Shown here piece by piece: positions 11,001 through 24,019 of a stretch of 50,372 bases of DNA. Source of the DNA: Perkinsus chesapeaki ATCC PRA-425 (Eukaryota > Protista > Perkinsozoa); assembly GCA_013115145.1 (NCBI GenBank), contig JAAPAO010000225.1, forward strand, positions 1 through 50,372, read 5' to 3'. Made by a program: the position numbers and the translations under genes. Numbering within the stretch: the stretch's first letter is position 1; every line of letters begins with the position of its first letter. The notes beneath the pieces were generated by a model, which did not search any database, had not been told where the DNA came from, and saw only the letters and a program-made list of their open reading frames with translations.

Positions 11001-11220
11001 ATTGATTCGTGTCGGCCCAGTTGTATACAGTGCTGAGTCTCTTTACGGTGAGATAGCGAACTCCTCAGGTGAATTGATTGGAGAAAAAGACGGTATGACA
11101 GCAGCGAAGCATGTAGCCCCGTTGCCGCCCCCTCCACCACTGCCAGTGTCCCGATCGTCGGCCGGCAGTCTGCCGCCATTACCGCCATCGTTAATGAAGA
11201 TGATGCATGGTGTTGTATGA
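8040..11220 (+). CDS. Cid1/TUTase-family non-canonical poly(A)/terminal uridylyltransferase, multi-exon
   Basis: VTFGSCENGFWVNGSDIDAC (Pol-beta NTase motif), ARVPVAKV, LDISINNTVAIENSQL, VIKYWAKRRQINN..GTFSTYTLILQLVYLLQ..PILP and PAP-associated NNSESVGELLMAFFELYG. Confidence 0.88.
8421..8731 (+). repeat. Diverged tandem duplication (offset 163 bp) of the TUTase exon end, 5' splice site and intron start
   Basis: TATGGTA.TGAA.AATGC.AGGACAAAACAG|GTTATAGGGGAAGGG at 8421 and 8584. Both copies end with GCAGCGCGAAATGG..GGG.CAATAGTATT. Confidence 0.85.
9510..9619 (+). pseudogene. TUTase intron containing a tRNA-like 3' portion
   Basis: GGCTGAACGACT...CTGTGGTTCGATCCCTGCATGCCTCG followed by TTTTT; B-box at 9589-9599. 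Shares GGC.GAACGACT with the 44524 element. Confidence 0.5.
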
Positions 11221-11779
11221 GGTTAATAGGATATTCATTATAGGCTACATTTTACATGGTTTCGGATATATCGTGTTTCTGATGGGCTTTCTTGAGTGCA
11301 TTGTTGCGTGCTTGGGCTTGAGGCTCCATATGGGAAAGGAGGGTGTGCCAGTGGTTTTATGTAGCAGCATGCCGATGGTAACATACGTATTGACGTGTCC
11401 AGCTCAGCTGATGGAATATGGAATGCATCTCTGTCTGTAATCAGTATTCTATCAGATTGCGGTATAATGTGATATCATTATAGAGTATGTTCACTTTGTG
11501 TGTGCCTGAATGAGGTGTACATGGTAATATACAGTATTAAGGGATATGCGGGATGGGATATGTATTTAGAAAAGTATAATATTGAAAAGTACTGGGATAT
11601 AATTTTGCTGATTGCATGTCATGGTAGCTTCTTCGAGGGACACTCTTTTTATAGAAGACTTCTACAGTTTATAAGAATAAAAAAATTGTGTATCCGTGAA
11701 GTGAAGCCTTTTCGAGCACGGTAAAGTTAGCATACTTTGCTTTCAGCTTGTTGTTGTTTTACTTGTTGTTCCTTTACTC

Positions 11780-14700
11780 ATGCCTGCTAATGTGCAAGCT
11801 CGGGATATCTTAGAGTGTCCAGAATGCAAAGGGAAGACACAAATAGTAGTGGACTATGCTCAAGGTCATACAGAGTTAATGGGTATCGGTTGTAGATGGA
11901 GTTCTCAGAGACTTGCCACTCTTACTTTCGTTTCGACCGGAAGTTGTTGATTTGCCTGTTTTCGTTCATTTTTACTGTAGGCACTTGGATGATAGTATGC
12001 CTTGTGTGTAAAGTACAGAGGATAATTCTGTATACACTATGCCGATTGTATCTAGTGCATTTATCTGTTTTATCAAACCTTATTTAGTAGCCTATTACAG
12101 AATGACAGATGATCAGTCTGAGATATAAATCTAATAATTATTACTTTCGTTTGCCTTCCTATCAGAAAGTTGCATTTTCCTATTCGGCCTTGCAATTCCT
12201 TTTCATGCCTTTCCACATAGGTGAATAATCCTCTATCTGTTGTATAGCTATATGTGATGATATAAGCTATAATGTATGAACATAGAATGTATAGTTTTAT
12301 AAATATACATACTAGTATCATACATACCATGTATATCTACACTTCATAGGGACTTGTCTACGAGTTAGGCACTGAGCCCGCAGCTATACTTCTACACTGG
12401 CTACTTTTTGCCTGGTAAGAGGAGGAGTGCTGCCGCCCGAGAAAAATATATATGTACATATGTCGTATGGTATTACACTTATTTCTTGGATCAGTACACT
12501 TGGATAGATGAAGATATTAATATTTTCTGTCATAACATTATATTATGTAGGTTCGGTCATATGCCGTAACTGTGGGTTGATCCTGGAGATGTCATGCATC
12601 GATGATTCTCAAGAATGGCGGACGTTCTCGGATAGTAGCGGTCCTGATAGGAACCGTGTCGGCGGCACCACTAATAATATGCTTCATTCAGGAGGCTTGG
12701 GAACCAGTGTTGGTAGTAAGGGCGGCGGCTTGTTGTAGTGTGCGTTTTGTAGAGTGTTGGCCTTGGCTTAGCTGAGCTATCACATTTTTGTTACTAAATC
12801 GCCGTATAAGATACACTTGTTGATGCTGGTAGGCGTTGTATAAATCGACTGGTTCAAGTTTTGCGGAATGTCTTTGATACTCCTTTTTCTCCTCGGCGTT
12901 GCGCAGGAAGCAACATCAATGTGAAAAATGCTACTGGGTATGTGGCCAAGGGACAAGGTCACTTGTGTGATTGTTATTCGCATAAATTCTACATTTTTTG
13001 TCATATTTCCCACGTGCCCTATCAGGTTTTGGTAATAGTAGATTAGCACGCACGCACATGATGGCTGTTAATAGTGATAATGTTGACCGTACTCTTAATA
13101 AGGGTCATAAGATACTGCGAGATATCATGGATGCATTGGCCTTACCGGATAATATATATACAAGATGTTGCCAGGTAATAATAGGGACTGTTTTAGCGGT
13201 AAGAATACGAATGTATTTTTTTGAAAAATATTGAGACTACTTCGGACCACTCTTAAATTGTCTGTGGAATATCCTCACCAATGCGCCGCGATAAATGCTC
13301 CTTTGGCGAATCGTTTGGAATTTTCGGAAATTTTCCCGGATTTTTCCAAGCGCACTGATACACGTGAAGATTGCAGCTCAACGGCGAAAGCTACCTCTGC
13401 TGTTATAGTAGCGCACAGTGGCTTAGCACTTTACAGTTTTTACAGACGCTAACTGTTAGTGAAGCCAGTCATGTTAGAAGAAAACTACAGGAATTTCGGG
13501 AATTTACGGGTCTTGCGTCACGCAATTTCTTGAATAGTTGAGATTTTGTGATCTATGGTACGAACCTAGTGTGAATAATACAGGTTTCAGATGGGTGGAA
13601 ATAAGTAATGCAGAGAGTGTTTTAGATACTAAAACAAATGGATGATAATGGCTTACTGAAGGGCAAGACTAATTATCCTTGGCTATTGGCTGTTACATAT
13701 ATGGCATGTAGACAAGAAGGTGCGGGTAGAAGTATTAAGGAGATATTAGCAGCACAACCTACTGTTAAGGTAACACCTAAGTATATTATTAATTATATAA
13801 TGTGAATAATATCCTCTATTGTCCCTGTTATTCCCTGTTACTCCCTGTTACTCCCTGTTACTCCCTGTTACTCCCTGTTACTCCCTGTTACTCCCTGTTA
13901 CTCCCTGTTATTCCCTGTTACTCCCTGTTACTCCCTGTTACTCCCTGTTATTCCCTGTTACTCCCTGTTACTCCCTGATATTTAATGATTTCTATAATGG
14001 TCCCCGATTATTTTCTATTATTCCCCTCTATACTCATACTGATACCCCTGCAAGCATCGACTGCATCATTATTAATCCTCTCTCACTAGAAGCTCCGCCC
14101 CTGTTAGGATAAAGAAGTGGCCAAGAACTTCTGGCGTCTAGAGAAGATGCTCCAGAAGGCATCTGTCCAAGAGGCTCGCAGTGCTTCTGGTGGAGGTCCA
14201 GTCTCTGGTGCGAAGGTCGGGGCAGCTGGAGCTGTGGCTGGTGATAGCTTTATGCCCCGATACTGCAATAGATTGGGTATTCCCGAGTGTGAGAGGGCAG
14301 CAGATCATGTGGCGATGCAAGCGGGTAAGGAAGGAGGTTGGCAGTTGGCCGCAAGGTGATGTGTAGGAAGGGGGGCTATCAGATTAAAATGGTAATTGAA
14401 TTATGATTGAGGACATTCCACCTTTTCTGTCATGTCTTCAATAATTAAGACTTCTTCCATTTCACATCGGAGCTACTGGACACCCTTTAGTGATACAATT
14501 ATACATTATTATTCGTAATTTAGTGATAGTGTTGAGCTTTTTGTGATTGTCTGTGTGATAGACATGCTTTCTGACACCTCTAGCTTCTGCTGCTGTTGTT
14601 AATAATTTGATTACATTATGTTTATGATAGGTCGTTATGGTTTGATTGGTTCACGTAACCCCTCAGCAGTGGCGGCAGGAGCTCTATTCGCGGTGGCCTA

Positions 14701-14930
14701 CGCTATGAATGTGCCCAAGAAACCAACGCTAGACGCAGTAAGAAACAGCCGGTTTAGATTGTTATTGAATTTTGTGGCGCGCGGTTTTTTATCAGTTATC
14801 GGCTGTTTCACAGTGTAGCGTGAACATGATACGGCAAAGCTATTTGACTTTGCGGCCCCATCTCAATCGGTTGCTGCCTACCGGCTTTGTGGTTAAGGTT
14901 CCCGGAGGTCTTGCCGGCATGCCAGCTTGA
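11780..14930 (+). CDS. TFIIB: General transcription factor IIB, multi-exon
   Basis: Zn ribbon CPEC...CRNCG, IDDSQEWRTFSD..DRNRVG (B-reader), cyclin folds YMACRQEGAGRSIKEI, MPRYCNRLG, GSRNPSAVAAGALF and VNMIRQSYLTL. Confidence 0.93.
13821..13980. repeat. 10-bp tandem repeat, 16 copies, in a TFIIB intron
   Basis: (C/T)TCCCTGTTA units read directly. Confidence 0.97.
14568..14584 (+). repeat. Dispersed 17-bp motif copy 3, in a TFIIB intron
   Basis: TTTCTGACACCTCTAGC exact. Confidence 0.9.
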
Positions 14931-15281
14931 TCTATTAATAGTATTATATACTGTCACAATTGTCACATACAGACGTTTCACAGAAGGCTGATGGTTAGCG
15001 TTGGGAAAGGGGAGACGGGGAGGGATGACAAATAAGCTGTTTGGGATTATCGAATAAACAGTTATGCTGGAGGATGGCCGAATTAATTAAAATGTATCTT
15101 TTATGTAGAGACGGCAGTAGGAGGTGTGTATGATCGTCGTTGCGGTCCTGCTGTTATTCGCTGGTCGAGCGGTTGAATTTTAGTTGTATATCTAGATTTG
15201 TTTTAGTTCAACCAGCTCGAGATTATAGCTTCATCTTGGCCATCAACAAGCTGGTATGGCTGTTATTAGTTATTTCTCTTT

Positions 15282-18037
15282 ATGTCACCTCGACGACGCC
15301 GTAGAGGCCAGGCGAGCAATCAGAGGTCTAAGAAGCGGCCGAAGAGGCCAGAGGAAGGGGAGGACCATTCTATAGCTAGGAGAGCGCTGCCGGTAAAAGG
15401 GGATACTTCTATGTTAATTTAGTGATTATTAGCAGTGCGGTTATTGGCCCTGCAGTGGCGTGTAGCCATTGGGGATGCATGTGGACACGGCGAGGATCCT
15501 TGCGTTGAATTTTGTGGAATCCCGTTACGTGGAGAATTATCGCTTGTTTTAGTCTTGGTATTTGACAGTTGCAGGCGTGAATTATTATTTCACGCGCCGC
15601 GAAATAGTTTATCTTGCAGGTGTCTGGGGCGCCATATGAGCCTAGAGAGGGTGAAGCGTCCTGTTTCGAGGACATGCCAGATGACGCTAATGAGTATCTT
15701 AAGAGGGTTATGCACCAAAGGTCTTCGGGGCCACAAAGTATTAGTGTCGACATGTCATCGGAAAGGGTGGATGCTGAAGATGATGATGGGAGTAAGCATC
15801 CTAGGGGTTATTCTTAATAATGGTTATAACTCATGATGCAAAGGTTGACGATTAAATGATATGTATCAATAAGTACAGAGAGTAGGAATGCCGCTATGCA
15901 CGTTTAGCTGTTAGTTGGTCATGCGCATTGGGCCTATGCATAGGGGCCTTGGGCATTGTTATTTTCCTATGAAGTAGTAAACAGATTTAACGGTATTTAA
16001 CGGTGTTGTTGTTATTATTATACGTTTTGTGCGCATGTGCATGGGCTGACTAGGATTCGACCCTTTTTGCGCCCGGTGTTGTGTGGATTCTCGAGTCTCA
16101 GTATTTTCACGGTCGGATGGGTAGATCTTCTTCGCCTTCTTGGGCTGCGTCATGCCCTGTAGCCGTCTCCTCTGCATTAATCGCACCAATACGACTTGTC
16201 GCTTGCACCAATGCCATCGGTTTGGTTAGGCGCCTGCTGTTAGGAGCTCATTTTATCGCTCCACACTATGTAGTAGTGCATACATGTAGTCATGCTCATC
16301 AATAAAAAGTTTTCACGCAAAACAAGGCACATATTGGTAATTGTGATGATTCCTATCACCAAGGTTGTGGTTAGGTCGGTCTATATCTTCATTTGCTTCC
16401 TTCATATGTGTGGATACTCCCATATTACCGGCTAACTACCGTCATGGTGTTAAGGACTCGGAGGAGGTGGAAGAATGGCTGAAGGAATTCAGAGAGCTAC
16501 GGGAGAGGATGATGGATGCGGCGGATTCAAGGCAAAACGAAGAGGTAGGATTTCGTGGCGAGTGACGCTTTGGTGAGAAATTAAACGGTTTGTAATAGAT
16601 TTATCTAACTCATGCGGTTTTAAATACTAGTAATCATCACACCGGCGATAGATGAAGATAATCAATTCAAAGGGGGGAAAGTTATGATGATAATAATGTA
16701 CAACCTTGCTAACCAAAGCTTGCGAAACTTAATAGGAACTGAGATGCAAGAAGACAAGTTACTGTATATAGCAAATACCATAGAGCCGCCCGACGCAATG
16801 AAATTATTTCTATTTGTCCGATTCCTCGGTGACGTTGTGGCATGTGGAATTTCAACCACGATGAGCGAAAATGTATAGGTATGTAATCATGTAAGAAATA
16901 GATACACTGTTCATTTTGAGGACTTCAAAGGCTCTGCTATGCTCGATGGTGTTGTTAATCGATACCGACGTTTTCAGATAATTTTTACGGCCCCTCCTAA
17001 TCTTAGCTCATCATCTTGCTCCTCCTCTACCGGTCCTGAGAAGTGGAGTGATTCCTACTTTATTGAGCTTGGTGCTCCAACTGAGGATGTTGTGGTGGAG
17101 ATAGATTCAGCAGGAGCAGTAGTTGGCCTGGAGACTGTAGCTAAAGCTATTGGCAGGACGGCCAGAGTGAGGGGGGAAGAGGCTGGTGACCTTCATGACC
17201 AATCGGAACATTTTACCATTCTCATAAGACAGTTTTTAGGACATACTTGAGTTAAACAAAGCAATCCCCTCTACCTCTTGTTCTCTCTCTAATGTCCTTG
17301 TATGAACACCACGCACGACTTCCCTTTTAGGATCGTTTAATGCTTGTCCATCTCGATGGGTTTTAGATTCGCTGTGTTATATGTTAAGTTATGTGTCATT
17401 CTGGCAGATATCTCGATCTAGACAGAGAAGGCCTGCTGGAGATCTATCATTTGTTGAATGGTGCATCTGGTGTTATGCATTGATGTTGAGGATAGAGCAT
17501 CCGCTGATGGCCAGTACTGCTAGTGATATGCAAATGGTAAGGGGTGAGGATAGTCCCAGCAGCAGTGAGGGAATTAGCAGCGGATATAGCAAAGCGCTAA
17601 GTTTGAAGGAGTTTATAATGTGTTATCGCTCTTGTTGACGTCGAACTGACGCAGAACACGACCGCTCAAGTCCCACCACTTGAACCAGGGGGTATAGTTG
17701 TACTTTCACTACGACCACAGAACCAGTCGTACCTGTCGAGTATTAGGGGTACTTCGGCTCATAGGGCAGCGTATCTGACAATAATCTATGATAGGAAAAA
17801 CAGTATGCAATTGAATCTACAATTGGAACAACTTCGACTCATTTTATCTTTGACCAGATCCTAGCATCTCTCCAACGGTACGTCCTCTGTCCACAGTTGT
17901 CACCATCTGAGGTTCCCCCCGAGGCCACCGAGTGGGCCGTAAGGCATGGGCGTCTGGTAGCAAGTGTGATTCATGATGAGTTTCGCCAATATAGCGGAGT
18001 GGACGATCGAGCTCTTTGTGGCCATCAAGTTCCGTAG
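15282..18037 (+). CDS. Gemin2/SIP1-like SMN-complex protein, multi-exon
   Basis: MPDDANEYLKRVMHQ resembles the Gemin2 N-terminal EYLRRV motif. Also EEWLKEFRELRERM, WCIWCYALMLRIEHPLMASTASDMQ (Gemin2 WLYALLxxLEKPL motif) and C-terminal VIHDEFRQY. Confidence 0.7.
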
Positions 18038-18065
18038 TGATTTCGTTTTCTATATAAGGTGTTGT

Positions 18066-18112
18066 TGCGTAGAGCAGGAGGTCCCAGGTTCGATCCTCGG
18101 CAGGTGTATTTT
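18066..18112 (+). pseudogene. tRNA-like 3'-half downstream of the Gemin2-like stop
   Basis: GCAGGAGGTCCCAGGTTCGATCCTCGGCAGGTGTATTTTC: AGGTC variable loop plus B-box at 18087-18097. Confidence 0.55.
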
Positions 18113-18115
18113 CTT

Positions 18116-19494
18116 ATGTGCCCTTTTCGTGCCTTCTGCCTCTTCGTGGCTGCCCTAGGTGCTATGGGCATCACTTGGTTTACTATGAATAAAATAAACC
18201 TCATGAAGAGCTCCTCATCACTGGAAGGGGCTGAAGACACCGCCAAAGTTGCCGTTAAGGAGGAGTCCCTAGTAAGCATCATCACCATTTGCCTCTAAAT
18301 GCCTCCTATTTGTGACACAGCAAAATTGGTGTATTATGTTATGTATAATAATGAACAATATATTGTCATACAGTGTATTCTGAAAATAGAAACCTCGAAA
18401 CCGTTTCATAGGATTTCTCTTTCCATCACTGTCAACCTCTCAACGGTCTACAATTACCTCTATTATTTCACAGAGCTTTCTTTCAGTACCGAGCGTTGGC
18501 CAAACGTATTGGCATTGCCCTTCTAGTGGCATTCCACTGTGACCTTATAATGCGACTGGGCTATACCCAATGTAAGTTTGCCCCAGTGCAGTGGCCCTGC
18601 TCTAGTGCTCTTAGGTGCCCTGGGATTCGTATCCGATGCCCACTCGTGGTTGCTCAATACAGTCAAAGCTCTCTGAGCATACGCCGTTGTCTACTTCGGT
18701 CCTCACTGCGCATTCTGTATTGGCCGCGTTGGTCTCGTCAAGTTGTCCATGCGTTAAAATCGCTCGGGGCACTGCGGAATTGTTGACTCTGTTAAGTGTC
18801 TTGCAGATGCCTTTACCTCCTTCAGTAGCATTCTAGCTCCTCCTCTGTGGTGTTAAACGCAGGGTGAATCCTTTTCTGACACCTCTAGCTGTGAATATCT
18901 TCTTTCTCTATCATGAGCGCTACCCCGTCGCCCTCCTCATCATCGGGACCTGAGAGGTGCTCTCCTGATATTCACCTCAATGAGTCCGAGGTAAGCTCTG
19001 CGCACTGGAGCTTGTCGCGTGCAGCGTTCCATACCGACCAGTCCTCCTCCTCGGTTATGCTGCCTGATGTTTGCTTCTCCCCCTCGGCTGTTGGTGCTTT
19101 GCCCTCGGTAAGCCTGGGCTGGCTCCTGGTGGTTATAGTGCTATTAGGGATCGAACAGGATGCTCAGCCCAGCGGCTAACATGCCACGTCGACCATCTAG
19201 TGGGTCGATCGTCCATGATTTGATGAGCCCACAAGTAGGCCATCTAAGTCCTCCTTCCGCCTTTGGTATTACCATTAGGTGTCATCTCAGTGGTCGTCAG
19301 CAGCCCTCGGTTTGCAGCCCACTCTATTGCCGGAATCAGCCTGTCCAAACAGAGCACAGCCAATGTCCATTGGTGAGACCTACAGCGGTGAAGATTCGCC
19401 TACTTTGAGGATTTCTGACACCTCTAGCGGTGGAGAGCGTCTCACCTGTAAGCATTTCTCACGTTGCAAACCACTTGCACTCTCTATATCTTAG
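18116..19494 (+). CDS. Hypothetical protein with hydrophobic N-terminus; exon structure uncertain
   Basis: MCPFRAFCLFVAALGAMGITWF... followed by several GT-AG-bounded segments. No family recognised. Confidence 0.35.
18873..18889 (+). repeat. Dispersed 17-bp motif copy 4
   Basis: TTTCTGACACCTCTAGC exact, continuing TGT. Confidence 0.9.
19412..19428 (+). repeat. Dispersed 17-bp motif copy 5, possibly supplying a 3' splice AG
   Basis: TTTCTGACACCTCTAGC exact, downstream of a GTGAGA donor-like site. Confidence 0.85.
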
Positions 19495-19535
19495 TACCCG
19501 AGGCTATCGCTCCGCCTTCGCGTCCAGCCTCCTTC

Positions 19536-21250
19536 ATGTTGAGGCCATTCGTTATTGGTGTGTGTGGAGGTGGGTCTTCACATTGCTAAAGTCAAGTTGA
19601 GTTTTCGCGCCTCAGGAACAGCGTCAGGAAAGACAACCGTTTGCAATCAACTGGAAGGTGGAAGGTTCTCGCTGCATCGCCTCGCATTTTGTTTTGTTCA
19701 GCTCTGTTGGCCGATGAGGATGTCGGCTTCCTTCCGAGCGATGCCTTTTACAAGGTGAGGATGTGTTCCGCGATGTTCGTAAAACATGAAAAAATGAATT
19801 CGAAATGATTCGTGGGATTTCAATCTTGACGGTGTTAAAAGCCCTTTGAGAGGTGTAGTGATTTAGGTGTATTGTAACGCGCATCTGCATAAACAATGTA
19901 ACTTAATACGGACTGTTGTAGTCAACCATAACAGACCTCTTCACGTGGCCCGGAGTGTTGAGCCCAGGTCGCGGGATAACCATAGACTCTGCAGCATCTT
20001 GCCCAGATGCTGGCACGCTTTGCTGCAAAGCGTGCAAAGCCTCTGCAGAACCTCAACAATCTCCCAGGCGCGGTTCATAAGGATATTTTTCGGCTCGGGA
20101 AATACACAAAGTGTATCATGAGATATTAGAGTGATATAGTATAATACAATGAACGCATCGTGTATAATGGAGGCTGAATAGAAATATGAATGATGTTTTC
20201 AGAATCTTAATGAAGAGGAAAAGAAGAAGGCGTATGCTGGAGATTTCGATTTTGATTCCCCGGACGCCATAGATTTCGAGGAGCTCAAACAGTGCGTTAG
20301 AGACTTGCGGTAGGGTTAGTCGTGTCGATTCCGACGAGAAGATCATGTGACAGGTCGTGGCATGATGTCCATATACCATTATATGATTTCACTAGGCATA
20401 CAAGGAAAGAGGAGACAACTACACTCAAGGCACATCAGGTAGGAAAGTATCTTAGCTTGATCAGTGCAAGATATGCATGAGGTTAAGCTGGGCTTGGTTA
20501 GGTTATTATCGTTGAGGGAATTCTCATTTTCAACGACCCAGAGTTACGGGATTTGATGGACTTGAAGATTTTTGGTGATTAATTTTACTCCAACTAATTC
20601 CCTTCAATATCTTTCTCAGTCGAATGTGATGCTGACATCCGATTAGCGCGCCGAGTGATCAGAGACATCGCTGAGAGAGGTCGAGAGCTAGAGAACGTAA
20701 ACTGTCTTTTATGCCTCCCGACCATTTACTATTATAAAGGTACTCGGCCAATACCAAAGGTTTGTAAAGCCGAGCTATGAGAAGTATGTCGAGCCTGGCA
20801 AGAGGTAAGATGTTCAATATGATACGAATTTTGCCTTGTGGTTTAGAGTTTGGTAGTTGACTGGCAGTATTGAGATTGTCGTCCTTGCTCTTGTAGGTTT
20901 GCTGACGTTATAATTCCAAATATTGGTGAGTCGATCAACTACGTGGCTATTGATATTATTTCCCAACATATTCGACTTCAATTGGCTGCCCGTAAGAGGC
21001 GTAAACATCATGTCCGAAGGGCACACACTCATTATCGTCACCATCATCGTCACGATAGCTCCCTCACAGACGCCGGCCTCACACCGACTAGATATTCAGC
21101 CGAAGTAAGCTGATGTTGAATTCATACCACACTTCTCTCAACTTTTAGGGGGTACAAGATACATCACATTCATCTGATGGTGTTGGTCTTCAAGGTCTTC
21201 TAATAGACCGTATGAGTTTGAATAGGCTTATTAATACCCCTAAGAACTGA
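19536..21250 (+). CDS. UCK: Uridine-cytidine kinase, multi-exon; end approximate
   Basis: FVIGVCGGTASGKTTVC (P-loop), DAFYK, DFDSPDAIDF, YDFTRHTR, VIIVEGILIF, MDLKIFVECDADIRLARRVIRDIAERGR, YQRFVKPSYEKYVEP and ADVIIPN. Confidence 0.93.
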
Positions 21251-21533
21251 CGATGATGACTGCCCTTTTCGTTGATACTATTATTACCCACGTGGCTTCT
21301 GTTTCTATGTTCTCTAACGTCATCATACATCGTCCTGTTTAGTTTGGGGGGACAGTAAAAGCACAATCGTTTCGACGCGTATAATCGTTGAGTAATTTAT
21401 TCACAAGTACGATCGCGTGCGCCCGATTGGCTATGCGACGGACTTCTTTACACATAAACGTTAACGGTTACGAGTGTTCTTATTAGTCTAGCATATGGTT
21501 TAGAATCCAAACTTTAGATTGTACCTTATATAA

Positions 21534-22371
21534 ATGTCCGGCGTTCCTGAGTTCAAACTCCTTTTGGTTGGTGATGGTGGTGTCGGAAAGACCACACTTG
21601 TTAAGAGGCATTTGACCGGTGAATTCGAGAAGAAATACATCCCCACTTTGGGTGTTGAGGTAATAATATCTTGAGGTTGATTAGTGCATGATATGCACGA
21701 GGTTGACTTTAGGTCCATCCCTTGAAGTTCATGACCAACTGCGGTGAGATTATCTTCAATGTTTGGGATACCGCTGGTCAGGAGAAGTTCGGAGGCCTTC
21801 GTGATGGCTATTACATCCAAGTACATGTCACCATCCCAAATCTCATACCACACTTCCTTCAATTCAGGGTCAATGTGCCATCATTATGTTTGATGTTACC
21901 TCTCGTATCACCTATAAGAATGTTCCTAACTGGCATCGTGATATCGTTCGCGTCTGCGAGAACATCCCGATTGTTCTTGTCGGCAACAAGGTTGATGTCA
22001 AGGATCGTCAGGCAAGCAGCAGCATCAGCAGCCGAGCAGCATCTTAGTTTTATTCCCAATTTGCAGGTGAAGGCCCGTAACATCCAGTTCCACCGCAAGC
22101 GCAACCTCCAGTACTACGATCTCTCCGCCAGATCAAATTACAACTTCGAGAAGCCCTTCCTTTGGTTGGCTCGCCGTCTCACCAACCAGCCCCAGTTGGT
22201 CTTCCAGGTGAGCTCATGAGAATCTTTCGCGGGTGAGCTCATTTGTATCTTCAGGGTGAGTTCGCCAAAGCTCCCGAGTTCCAAATCAACCCTGAGCTCG
22301 TCGCCCAGCATGAAAAGGAACTCCAGGCTGCCCAAGACCAAGCCATCGATGACGATGATGACGACTTGTAA
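21534..22371 (+). CDS. RAN: GTP-binding nuclear protein Ran, multi-exon
   Basis: [58 protein letters not shown] and acidic tail DDDDDDL*. Confidence 0.98.
22012..22066 (+). other. GC-AG intron in Ran
   Basis: CAG|GCAAGC...TTGCAG|GTGAAG; 55 nt, and removal is required to give the conserved KDRQ|VKAR. Confidence 0.88.
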
Positions 22372-22731
22372 ATGTAAAGTTGTTGTTGTCTACTAGGCAG
22401 CAGTGACAGCATGAGTCTATATGATTGCTGCTGATAAGGCTGCTGCCTATAGTAGTTGCATGCATCACTCGAGATGGTTAAAAGATACTCCCTGTGGGGT
22501 TATCATCATAGTTGCTGCTGTGCTTCGCCTTCTTCTTCTCCTCCTCTCCATTCTCTATTGCTGCAATCTGCTACTATTGGCTGCACCCCCGCCGCGACTG
22601 ATACGTATCCGCTTATTCTCAAACACCATCCATGATGCCTTGCGTTAAGTGTCGACGATGCTATGCTGGGAAGGACCATGTTTCTTGCGCGCCACATTAT
22701 TAGTTTTCTTAAACCGTACTCTTCCTAGTGC

Positions 22732-24019
22732 ATGTCGTTTGGTGGTAAGAGTGAATATGATCGAGGTGTGAATACCTTCTCCCCGGAGGGGCGTCTATTC
22801 CAGGTCGAGTACGCAATCGAGGCAGTCAAGGTACCTTCGGTATTACTCTAGCCAACACATCTCTCTTAGCTTGGCTCTACGGCGATCGGTATAACTACTA
22901 AAGAGGGCGTAGTGTTGGCTGTAGAAAAGAGGATTGGAAGTGAGCATCCACGGTATGTGATATAAAGGGTATATGTGGTGTTTCAGGCCCCCTTATTGAG
23001 CCTAGCAGCATTGAAAAGATTATGCAGGTAACGTTGGACATTAGCTGACGGTAGAAGGATTTCATAAGCCCGAAACTGACGTGTGGAAACTGATGTATCC
23101 CGCATAAAAAGGGCTAACAGGTCCTTCCGAAAAAAAAGTGGCAGATAGGAAAATGCCTTCCCCGCTCCGGAATAAAAATACGTTGTTCTGTTCGGCGCTT
23201 AAGGGCGTTTTGGAAAGCCGTCTTGGTATTGGTAGAGATGTTATCAGATTGCCCCTTATGCTGGATGTGCTATGTCTGGTCTAACTGCCGATGCTAGAAC
23301 ACTAGTTGATCATGCTAGAGTTGAGGCGCTAAATCATGATTTCACTTATAACGAGCCCATGCAAGTTGAGAGCATTGTAAGTTGCATAGGTGAAATGGAA
23401 TAATGATGCGGTTTAAAAGGTTCACAGTATATCTGATATGGCATTGGATTTCTCGAGATCGGATGATAAGAAAAAGAAAGGTGATAAGAAGAAGAAGGTA
23501 CTGATAATAATGCTCCTTATTGGAGAATACGGTATGAATTTAGACTATGTCTCGTCCCTTCGGTGTGGCTTTGCTTGTTGCTGGCGTTGATGCTGACAAC
23601 GGCCCTCAGCTGTTTATGGCCGATCCTAGTGGATCTTATACTAAGTAATATTTGATAGTAAATCCAATTACACCACTAAAGGTATCGAGCGGCTGCTATC
23701 GGTTCAGCAGCTGAGGGTGCTACTAGTATCCTGTTGGAGCAATATAAGGAAAGCCTTACTCTTAAGGAGGTAGTGGTGGTGTGAGTGTTGAAAGGTTTGG
23801 TAATGTTGAGACAGGCGGAGGATTTGGCATTGGTGGTGTTGCGTCAAGTGATGGAAGAGAAGATCACTGAGGTTAACGTGGAAGTTGGTATTGCTAAAGA
23901 TACTACCTTCGAAATGTACGTTATTTTATCATTGCACCAGTTGTTTATGCTTGCCTGTCAGATTATCAACTGCTGAAGTTCAGAACATCATTGATAGATT
24001 GCCAGCTCCTACAGTATGA
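22732..24019 (+). CDS. PSMA5: 20S proteasome subunit alpha-5, multi-exon
   Basis: [68 protein letters not shown] and [12 protein letters not shown]. Confidence 0.97.

Noticed and set aside
13172-13626. Long TFIIB intron as a MITE insertion
   Set aside because: It has unusual GAAATT/CG-rich content but no terminal inverted repeats or target-site duplication could be identified.
126-13980. Tandem arrays as possible CRISPR arrays
   Set aside because: No unique spacers, no cas genes, and a eukaryotic intron-rich context.
13819-14112. ORF with PVTPCYSLLL repeats; the unit resembles an I-SceI site or telomere repeat
   Set aside because: It is an intronic 10-bp repeat. The match to I-SceI is partial and there is no TTAGGG-type unit.
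17973-18298. Model joining ORF 17973 to 18158+ across a tRNA-containing intron
   Set aside because: Another frame gives a better Gemin2-like C-terminus ending at 18037, so the 18066 relic was counted as intergenic.
7324-19160. Additional GTTCGA hits at about 7326, 10860 and 19150
   Set aside because: They fall in apparent coding frames and lack T-stem context.
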